Assembly: GCF_009914755.1 (NCBI RefSeq)
Contig: NC_060938.1
Source: the human T2T-CHM13v2.0 reference genome, Homo sapiens
Length of the DNA: 64,000 nt
Strand: one strand, 5' to 3'
Part shown: in pieces, positions 13,551 through 27,938 of the stretch
How positions within the stretch are numbered: the stretch's first letter is position 1
How the letters are laid out: each line of letters begins with the position of its first letter
Made by a program: the position numbers and the translations under genes
Notes under the pieces: generated by a model
Databases searched by the model: none
Told to the model about the DNA's origin: nothing
Seen by the model: only the letters and a program-made list of their open reading frames with translations

Positions 13551-13662
13551 CCCTTACTGTTTTCAAGAACTGTAGTTCAGAATGACGACGGTCATACTGA
13601 CTTGCATTGTATACCTTACTCTGGTTCTTTCTGTAGTTACCCTGCTGTGGATGTCAGTTCAC

Positions 13663-15975
13663 TTTATTTTACTTTTTTTTATTTTTTATTTTTATGGGTA
13701 CATAGTAGGTGTATATATTTATGGGGTACAGGAAATATTTTGATGCAGGCATGTAATGCATAATAATAACATCAGGGTAAATGGGGTATCCATAACCTCA
13801 AGCATTTATCCTGTCTTTGAGTTACAAACAATCCAATTATATTCTTTTTGTAATTTTGAAATGTATGATAAATTATTGTTGCCTGTAGTCACCCTGCTGT
13901 GCTATCAAATACTAGACCACATTCATTGTAACTATATTTTTGTACCTATTATATATTATATGTAACATAATATAAACAATATGTAATATACAATATATAC
14001 ATTGTATATATAATACACACAAAAAGGTATATATTTGTACGTATTAGCCATCACCCCTTACCTGACCCCCACTACGCTTCCCAGCCTCTGATACCGATTG
14101 TCCTACTCTCTATCTCCATGAGTTCAATTGTTTTAATCTTTAGCTCCCACCCATGAGTGAGAATGTGCAAAGTTTGTCTTTCTGTGCCTGGCTTATTTCA
14201 CTTAATGTAATAACCTCCAATTTTACCCATGTTGTTGCAAATGACAAGATCTGATTCTTTTTTATGGCCAAACAGTACTCCACTGTGTATATGTACCACA
14301 TTTTCTTTATCCGTTTGTCTGTTGATGGACACTTAGGTTGCTTCCAAATCTTGGCTAGTGTAAATAGTGCTTCAATAAACATAGGAGTGCAGACACCTCT
14401 TTGATATACTGATTTCCTTTTAGGGAGCGTTATATACATAGCAGTGAGGATTGCTGGGTCATATGGCAGTTCTATTTTTAGTTCTTTGAGGAACCTCCAA
14501 ATTATTCTCTATAATAGTCGTGCTGATTTACATTCCAGCCAACAGTGGACGAGAGCTCCCTTTTCTCCCCATCCTCACCAGCATTTGTTATTGCCTGTCT
14601 TTGGGATAAAAGCCATTTTAACTGGGGTGAGATGACATCTCATTGTAGTTTCAATTTTCATTTCTCTGATGATCAATGATGTTTAGCACCTTTTCATAAA
14701 CCTGTTTGCCATTTGTATGTCTTCTTTTTATAAATTATCTATTCAGATCTTTTGCCCATTTTTAAATCAGATTATATATTTTTTCCTACAGAGTTGTTTG
14801 AGCTCCTTATGTATTCTGGTTATTAACCCCTTGTCAGATGGTTCATTTGCAAATATTTTCTCCCATTCTGTGTGTTGTCTCTTTACTTTGTTGCTTGTTT
14901 CCATTGCTGTGCAGAAGTCTTTTAACTTGATGTGATCCCATTTGTCCATTTTTGCTTTGGCCGCTAGTCTTTGCCCAGTCCAATGCCCTGGAGAGTTTCC
15001 CCAGTGTTCTCCTGTAGTAGTTTCATAGTTTGAGGTCTTAGATTTAAGTATTTAACTCATTTTTGATTTTATTTTGGTATATGGCAAGAGAGAGAGGTCT
15101 AGTTTTATTCTTCTACATATAGATATCCAGTTTTCCCAGCACCATTGATTAAAGAGATTGTCCTTTTCCCAATGTATGTCTTGGTAACTTTGTCAAAAAT
15201 GAGTTTACTATAGATGTATGGATTTGTTTCTTGGTTCTCTATTCTGTTGCATTGGTCTATGTGTCTGTTTATATGACTGTACCATGATGTTTGGGTTAAC
15301 TACTATTTCTGTAGTATATTTTGAGGTCAGGTAATGTGATTCCTCCAGTTTTGTTATTTTTGCTTAGGATAGCTTTGGCTATTCTGCGTCTTTTGTGATT
15401 CCATATAAATTTGAGAATTGTTTTTTCCTACTTCCATGAAGAATATCATTGGTGTTTTGATAGAGATTGCATTGACTCTGTAGATTATTTTGGGTAGCAT
15501 GAACATTTAAACAATATTGATTTTTTCAATCCATGAACATGGAATGTATTGCCATCTTTTGGTGTCCTCTTCAGTTTCTTTCATCAATCTTTTATAGGTT
15601 TCATTTTAGAAATATTTCACTTCTTTAGTAAGTTAACTCCTAGGTATTTTATTCTATGTGTAGCTATTGTAAATTAGATTACTTTCCTGATTTCTTTTGT
15701 TCACTGTTGGCACATAGAAATGCTACTGATCTGGGTAGGTTGATTTTTTGTCCTGCAACTTTCCTGAATTTGTTTACCAGTTCTAATAGTTTTTTGACAG
15801 AGTCTTTAGGTTTTTACAAATATAAGTTCATGTCGCCTGAAAACAAGGGTTATTTGACTTCTTCTTTTCCAACTTGAAGGCCTTTTATTTCTTTTTCTTG
15901 TCTAATTTCTCTAGCCAGGACTTCCAGTACTATGTTAAATAACAGTGGTGAAAGTGGGCATCGTTGTTGTGTTCT
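13663..15975 (-). mobile_element. 5'-truncated L1MA (L1MA2/3-like): 3' UTR plus ORF2 C-terminal remnant
   Basis: T-rich tail and GGGTACATAGTAGGTGTATATATTTATGGGGTAC 3' end. ORF fragments 14140-14439 (..KIWKQPKCPSTD..) and 14767-14949 (DKWDHIKLK..) are L1 ORF2. Confidence 0.88.
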
Positions 15976-16220
15976 GGATGTCAATTCCCTTTTTTTTAAA
16001 TTTTATTTTATTATTATTATACTTTAAGTTTTAGGGTACATGTGCACAACGTGCAGGTTTGTTACATATGTATACATGTACCATGTTCGTATGCTGCACC
16101 CATTAACTCGTCATTTAGCATTAGGTATATCTCCTAATGCTATCCCTCCCCCCTCCCCCCACCCCACAACAGTCCCTGGTGTATGATGTTCCCCTTCCTG
16201 TGTCCATGTGTTCTCATCAT

Positions 16221-20045
<3,825 letters not shown>

Positions 20046-20108
20046 TATGATGTTAGCTGGTTATTTTGCTTGTTAGTTGATGCATTTTCTTCCTAGCCTC
20101 GATGGTCT

Positions 20109-21124
20109 TTACCATTTGGCATGTTTTTGCAGTGGCTGGTACCAGTTGTTCCTTTCCATGTTTAGTGCTTCCTTTAGGAGCTCTTTTCGGGCAGGCCTGG
20201 TGGTGACAAAATCTCTCAGCATTTGCTTGTCTGTAAAGTATTTTATTTTTCCTTCACTTATGAAGCTTAGTTTGGCTGGATATGAAATTCTGAGTTGAAA
20301 ATTCTTTTCTTTAAGAGTGTTGAGTATTGGCCCCCACTCTCTTCTGGCTTGTAGAGTTTCTGCTGAGAGATCAGCTGTTAGTCTGATGGGCTTCCCTTTG
20401 TGGGTAACCTGACCTTTCTCTCTGGCTGCCCTTAACATTTTGTCCTTCATTTCAACTTTGGTGAATCTGACAATTATGTGTCTTGGAGTTGCTCTTCTCG
20501 AGGAGTATCTTTGTGGCGTTATCTGTATTTCCTGAATGTGAATGTTGGCCTGCCTTGCTAGATTGGGGAAGTTCTCCTGGATAATATCCTGCAGTGTGTT
20601 TTCCAATTTGGTTGCATTCTCCCCGTCACTTTCAGGTACACCAATCAGATGTAGATTTTGTCTTTTCACATAGTCCCATATTTCTTGGAGGCTTTGTTTG
20701 TTTCTTTTTATTCTTTTTTGTCTAAACTTCTCTTCATGCTTCATTTCATTCATTTAGTCTTCCATCGCTGGTACCCTTTCTTCCAGTTGATTGCATTGGT
20801 TACTGAGGCTTGTGCATTCGTCACGTAGTTCTTGTGCCATGGTTTTCAGCTCCATCAGGTCCTTTAAGGACTTCTCTGCATTGGTTATTCTAGTTATCCA
20901 TTTGTCTAATTTTTTTTCAAAGTTTTAACTTCTTTGCCATTGGTTCAAGCTTCCTCCTTTAGCTCGGAGTAGTTTGATCTTCTGAAGCCTTTGTCTCTCA
21001 TCTCGTCAAAGTCATTCTCCATCCAGCTTTGTTCCGTTGCTGGTGAGGAGCTGCGTTCCTTTGGAGGAGGAGAGGCGCTCTGATTTTTAGAGTTTCCAGT
21101 TTTTCTGCTCTGTTTTTGCCCCAT
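20109..21124 (-). pseudogene. L1 ORF1 (RNA-binding chaperone), disrupted
   Basis: ATG at 21124. 1016 nt rather than 1017 implies a frameshift, and there is an in-frame TAA at 20754-20756. The 214-aa remnant has RATPRHIIVRF, ARREWG and SYPAKLSF. Confidence 0.92.
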
Positions 21125-22151
21125 CTTTGTGGTTTTATCTACCTTTGGTCTTTGATGATGGTGACGTACAGATGGGTTTTTGGTGTGGATGTCCTTTCTG
21201 TTTGTTAGTTTTCCTTCTAACCATCAGGACCCTAAGCTGCAGGTCTGTTGGAGTTTGCTGGAGGTCCACTCCAGACCCTGTTTGCCTGGGTATCAGCAGT
21301 GGTGGCTGCAGAACAGCGGATATTGGTGAACCGCAAATGCTGCTGCCTGATCGTTCCTCTGGAAGTTTTGTCTCAGAGGAGTACCCGGCCATGTGAGGTG
21401 TCACTCTGCCCCTACCTGGGGGGTGCCTCCAAGTTAGGCTACTCAGGGGTCACAGACCCACTTGAGGAGGCAGTCTGCCCATTCTCAGATCCCAAGCTGT
21501 GTGCTGGGAGAACCACTACTCTCTTCGAAGCTGTCAGACAGGGACATTTAAGTCTGCAGAGGTTACTGCTGTCTTTTTGTTTGTCTGTGCCCTGTCCCCA
21601 GAGGTGGAGCCTACAGAGACAGGCAGGCTTCCTTGAGCTGTGGTGGGCTCCACCCAGTTCGAGCTTCCTGGCTGCTTTGTTTACCTAAGCAAGCCTGGGC
21701 AATGGCAGGCGCCCGTCCCCCAGCCTCGCTGCCACCTTGCAGTTTGATCTCAGACTGCTGTGCTAGCAATGAGCGAGGCTCTGTGGGTGTAGGACCCTCC
21801 GAGCCAGGTGCGGGATATAATCTCCTGGTGTGCCGTTTGTTGAGCCCATTGGAAAAGCGCAGTATTAGGGTGGGAGTGACCCGATTTTCCAGGTGCCATC
21901 TGTCACCCCTATCTTTGACTGGGAAAGGGAATTCCCTGACCCCTTGCACTTCCTGGGTGAGGTGATGCCTCGCCCTGCTTTGGCTCATGCACGGTGTACT
22001 GCACCCACTGTCCTGCCCCCACTGTCTTGCATTCCCCAGTGAGATGAACCCGGTACGTCAGTTGGAAATGCAGAAATCACCTGTCTTCTGGTCGCTCACA
22101 CTGGGAGCTGTAGACTGGAGCTCTTCCTATTCGGCCATCTTGGCTCCACCC
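21125..22151 (-). promoter_or_regulatory. L1 5'UTR internal promoter (YY1 site; sense and antisense promoter)
   Basis: GCCATCTTGG (CAAGATGGC, YY1) at about 22134-22143. The complete 5'UTR is present but many CpGs have decayed. Confidence 0.8.
21702..21965 (+). CDS. L1 ORF0 (antisense 5'UTR ORF), open, 87 aa
   Basis: MAGARPPASLPPCSLISDCCASNERGSVGVGPSEPG...RVGVTRFSRC is homologous to primate L1 ORF0. ATG in a strong Kozak context (GCAATGG). Expression cannot be shown from sequence. Confidence 0.7.
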   Translation: MAGARPPASLPPCSLISDCCASNERGSVGVGPSEPGAGYNLLVCRLLSPLEKRSIRVGVTRFSRCHLSPLSLTGKGNSLTPCTSWVR

Positions 22152-22304
22152 GTCAATTCTGTTTTAAAGGTGATATGTATCTTCACATTTGATCAATTAT
22201 CTCCCCAAGAGAACCAAGCAAAAACTTCAAAAAAGTTGATCCTTCTCAAAATATGCTTTTAAACATATTATCCTAATCCATTATACTTATAGTGCTTCTA
22301 ACAA

Positions 22305-22860
<556 letters not shown>

Positions 22861-23837
22861 CTACTGCTTGCTGAGCAAAGCATTATTTAAAGAAGGTATG
22901 ATGATCATTTTAATTCTATGAGTAGTTTAAAAGCATAAAGTGTACATTTGTTGATATGTAGGGGTAGATAGATAGATGCATACAGATACACATTTGAAAA
23001 TTTTAAATAAAACAAAAAATCCCTGTTATCAAGAGATGGCTTTATAGAAATGTAAGCCAAGAAACCTACGATCAAACACACATACAAACCTCAAATTTCA
23101 AAACTTCCAGAGGAGTAACATAAATAGAAATGTCACACTTCCCCTAGTGTGGTATACGTGTTTTCAAATGGATCTGAAATTTGGTGTCTTGACCTTAACC
23201 CCAAGCAGCAGAGCTACGTCAGGACAGAGCGTCCTGCAAATATCCTGGACTTTCTACACTCAAGGAAAACTGAGGGGCCTTGAAAATATTTCAGCCTTGA
23301 GCCCATGCAAGTATCAGTGCTGCCTCTTTTTCATCATTGAAGAGGATGTTATTCAGCTATGACATATCTGTCATTTTTTAATTGAAACTGCATAAATACA
23401 TCACTATTATTTTATATTCTCAAATGTTGGTCATTGCATCTCTCATAAAATGCTGTTCAATTTAAACAAGAAATTTTTATCACATGACACCCTCCCCCTA
23501 GGTAATTTTAAATAATGTAATTTGGAAGATATTTGGGAGTTCCTTTACATCTAATTTTCCTTTAAAGAAGCCTGGGACATTTTGACCTTTGTTGAAATCA
23601 GCATAGATTTCAACTGGGGAAAGGAAAGAAAGAATGTTCCTTCCTACAGTTTACATGTATTGTGTGCTGTTGCACCTAAAATAAGACACTAACAGTCAGG
23701 TATCAAGAGGAATTTTAAAAGATACCACATATACATATAGGCATTGCTCAGGCAAACAGTAAAACCTATAGGCCACACTGCTAAAAGGAGGATAAACTTG
23801 GTGCATTTTGGACACACACAGCAACCACAATGAAGAA

Positions 23838-24040
23838 AAGAGCTCTGGGCATTGGAGTCACAGAGGCTTGGTTGGAATCCCAGCTCTGCCACTTGCTGTC
23901 TGTATGTCTTTAGGCAAATTACTTAGTCCTTCAGAGCCTCAGATCCCTCAATTATATAATGAAGATGCAAATAATTTACAAGATCACTTTGTATATGAGA
24001 GGTAAGGCCTTCAGTAGCCCAGTTCCTAGCATTTCGTAGG
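23838..24040 (+). mobile_element. MIR
   Basis: TGGAGTCACAG..GGAATCCCAGCTCTGCCACTTGCTGTCTGTATGTCTTTAGGCAAATTACTTA..GAGCCTCAG. Confidence 0.8.
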
Positions 24041-25457
24041 TATAGATATAAAAATGGCGTTCTTCTTTATTATGAAGATGTATGTTCTTATTTACAATTT
24101 TGATATGGGACATTAACAAAGAGAAAAAGGAAATGCTGTGGCATCATCAGAATGGCAAAAAGAAGTCTCTGGCTCCCTTCTAGTGCTCAAAACCTGAATG
24201 CTATGCTTTGTTGTGAAGTGTCTCAAATTAGGCGACCAACACATGGTAGTCCAATACACTCTACGCAATAACGCGGGGCCAAATTGTTTACTCTATCACT
24301 CTGGTTCACTGTGAGACATTTTATTTAAAAAAAACCATACAGTTGCAATTATGAGATAGGTTTCCATGATAGAGACAAACTTACCCAAGATAGGATTATC
24401 TTGCCCAGGCTTAGAGCCGTACAAAGTATACTATAGACAGCATGTAGAGTCTATGTACACTTTCCCAGATGTAGCAAACTGTGATAAATTATATCTCGAC
24501 AAATAAACCACTCTTATTCAAAGCAAGTTTGGAAACAATATTTCAGGAGTCTAACCCTTCTTTAATCATATACTTTGATGGAAGAATGTTCTTATGCACA
24601 TAGCTCAGCTCAATTCCTTCCAGAAGGACTGACATCTTAAACTGCACTAAACAATGAATCACCTTGTCAAATAAAGTGCAAAATGGAAAACCTGTTACCA
24701 AACTCATCTGATATAATGACATTTACAACAACATGTTTGAGGTGATAAACCGACAATAATAATTATATTTCCTTTAGACTTTGATTGTACTTTGAAAGTT
24801 TGATGCAATCATACTTTCTTCCTTCAAGAGAATTTTACACCCCGACATTTAATTTCTGAAACTTCAAACCTTCTATGAACATGCAAATCACAGTTGGCAT
24901 TAAAAGAAGCACTCTCTGCTCCCTTTCAGGAGTCTGCAATAATGATGACGATGATGATGAAAACAATAGCTAAGTATAGGAGACTTTTCCTGTAATTCAA
25001 GGTTGATGGAAGCATTTCAGTTCAGAAATGACAAATAGAGCACTTTTCTCCCCCTAACAAGATTTTGCTGGTAGACTCTCTTGAGGAGAATAAAAGTAGA
25101 CTCAAGGTCACATGAAATGCTAGGTTACAGGTACAGGCTAGAGCTGTTGCACATAGTAGGCACTTAATTATTACTAAATGAATAGGCATTTTCTATATAA
25201 TATTGTGAGCATTCAGAAGATTGGGTCCCTTCTCCTAGAGGGGTTTTAATTATCTTCACAGAACATGCTGGAAATTCTCCCTCAGGTTATAAAGCTGAGT
25301 TACTGGACCTCACAGATATTCCTGGCTCCCTCTGTGGCTCTGTCATCCTGCTTGAAGACCAGGCCCCCTCTACAGGGTCCTGGGCAAATACCTCGCTTCC
25401 CTCTGGGGTGGCCAAGCCTTGGATCCTCTCTGTGATGGTTAATATTAGGTGTCAACT

Positions 25458-25468
25458 TGATTGGATTA
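25458..25468 (-). promoter_or_regulatory. DUX4 consensus motif TAATCCAATCA
   Basis: Plus strand TGATTGGATTA matches TAAYBBAATCA and lies in an LTR family known to be DUX4-responsive. Binding is inferred. Confidence 0.6.
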
Positions 25469-25563
25469 TAGGATCCCTAGATGGCTGGTAAAATATTGTT
25501 TCTGGGTGTGTCTGTAGAGGTGTTGCCAGAAGAGAGTAACATTTGAGTTAGTGGACTGGGAGA

Positions 25564-25815
25564 GGAAGACCTACCCTCAATCTGGGTGGGCACCATCCAA
25601 TCGGCTGCCAGCGTGGCTAGAACAAAGGAAGACCTACCCTCAGTCTGGGTGGGCACCATCCAATCAGCTGCCAGCGTGGCTAGAACAAAGGAAGATCTAC
25701 CCTCGATCTGGGTGGGCACCATCCAATCAGCTGCCAGCGTGGCTAGAACAAAGGAAGACCTACCCTCAATCTGGGTGGGCACCATCCAATCAGCTGCCAG
25801 CGTGGCTAGAACAAA
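25564..25815 (+). repeat. 4 x 63-bp tandem repeat (minisatellite) inside MLT2A2
   Basis: Unit GGAAGACCTACCCTCAATCTGGGTGGGCACCATCCAATCAGCTGCCAGCGTGGCTAGAACAAA starts at 25564, 25627, 25690 and 25753, with 0-2 mismatches per copy. Confidence 0.98.
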
Positions 25816-26997
25816 GCAGGCAGAAGAAGGTGGAATAAGCTAGCTTGCTGAGTCTTCCGGCTTTCATTTTTCTCCTGTGCTGGATGCTTCCTGGTTTTGA
25901 ACATCAGGTTCCAGGTTCTTTGGCCTTTGGGCTCTTGGACTTATGCCAGTGGTTTGCCAGGGGCTCTCAGGCCTCGGCCACGGACTGAAGGCTGCACTGT
26001 GAGCTTCCACTTTTGAGGCTTTTGGACTCGGACTGAGCCACTACTGGCTTCCTTGCTCCTCAGGTTGCAGATGGCGTATCATGGGGCTTCACCTTGTGAT
26101 TGTGAGTCAATTCTCGTTAATAAACTCCCTTTCATATATACATATATCCTATTAGTTCTTTCCCTCTGGAGAACCCTGACTGATACACTCTCCTACAGTC
26201 CTAAACTCTCACTGCTACAGCAGCTGTGTTCAAACACCTGTGGGTTCAGGACCACTAGCATTCTCCATCTATTTTGCTATTTGTCAGTAGCTCTGGCTGA
26301 AAGTTCACTAGGGGTAAACATTAAAACTTTCAATTAAAATGGGCTTGGAGATACTATTTGCAGGTACCAATTATCCACACTTTATCTGCCCAAGAACTAC
26401 CCAGAGAATCAAGCATGGGGCTACAGTCTCTTCCCAGAATATTTATAATTATGAAAGTCTATTTATGACCCAAAAGTTCAGAGATTAAGGCACAACATAA
26501 AAACTGAGTAACATGTAGAAATAGGACTTTTATTTCTAGATATAACTGAAGATCCAACTGTTTCAGGTGCTCTATTGAACATAAAAAATTGTGTATTTTG
26601 TATTGTTTAGGAAATTGTAATTTTACATAAAGTGGAGGACGTGCTGTATACACATTTCTTTTTAAATTTACTTTTAAGATTTTAGGTTCAGGGGTACATG
26701 TCCAGGTTGTTATATAGGTAAATTGCATGTCATGGGGGTTCGGTGTACAGATTATTTTGTCACTCAGTTAATAAGCACAGTACCTGATAGGTGGTTTTCG
26801 GTTCTCAGCCTCCTCTCACCCTCCACCCTCAAGTAGGCCCTGGTGTCTGTTGTTCTCTTCTTTGGGTCCTTGTACTCAGTGTTTAGCTCCCACTTATCAG
26901 TGAAAACATGCAGTATTTGCTTTTCTGGTCTTGTGTTAGTCTGCTTAGGATAATGGCCTCCAGCTTCATCCATGTTGCTGCAAAGGACATGATGTTG

Positions 26998-27304
<307 letters not shown>

Positions 27305-27636
27305 TTATGGCTGTGTAGTATTCTGTGGTGTATATGTACCACATTTTTAAAATCCAGTCTACTGTTGAAGGGCATTTAGGTTGATTCCATGTCTTTGCTA
27401 TTGTGAATAGTGCTGCAATGAATATAAACATGCATTGTCTTTATGGTAGAACCCTTTATATTCCTCTGGGCATATAGTCAATAATGGGATTGCTGGGTTG
27501 AATGGTAATTCTAAATTCTTTGAGAAATGTCCAAACTGCTTTCCACAATGGCTGAACTAATTTACATTCTCACCAGCAGTGTATTAGCATTCCCTTTTCT
27601 CTACAAGCTCACCAGCATCTGTTATTTTTTTTACTG

Positions 27637-27938
27637 TTTATTTATTTATATATTTTTGAGACAGAGTCTTGCTCTGTTGCCCAGGCTGGAGTGCAGTGGA
27701 GTGGATCTTGGCTCACTGCAACCTCTGCGTCCCAGGTTCAAGCTATTCTTCTGCCTCAGCCTCCTGAGTAGCTGAGATTACAGGCGCCCACCACTATGCC
27801 CGGCTAATTTTTTGTATTTTTAGTAGAGACGGGGTTTCACCATGTTGGCCAGGCTGTTCTCAAACTCCTGACCTTGTGATTCTCCTGCCTCAGCCTCCCA
27901 AAGTGCTGGGATTACAGGCGTGAGCCACCGCACCCAGC
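27637..27938 (-). mobile_element. AluS (Sg-like)
   Basis: Dimeric Alu reverse complement, CTCCTGACCTTGTGAT, (TTTA)n tail. Confidence 0.9.

Larger units (their letters stand above)
25431..26187 (+). mobile_element. MLT2A2 (HERV-L/ERVL) solo LTR with an internal tandem expansion
   Basis: TGTGATGGTTAATATTAGGTGTCAACTTGATTGG...GAGAACCCTGACTGATACA. Perfect 5-bp TSD CTCTC (25426-25430, 26188-26192). AATAAA at 26119-26124. Confidence 0.92.

Noticed and set aside
25564-25815. Regular repeats resembling a CRISPR array, or a 21-aa repeat protein (ORFs 25477-25843)
   Set aside because: Units are contiguous with no unique spacers, the context is a mammalian LTR, and the ORFs are a by-product of a 63-bp unit.
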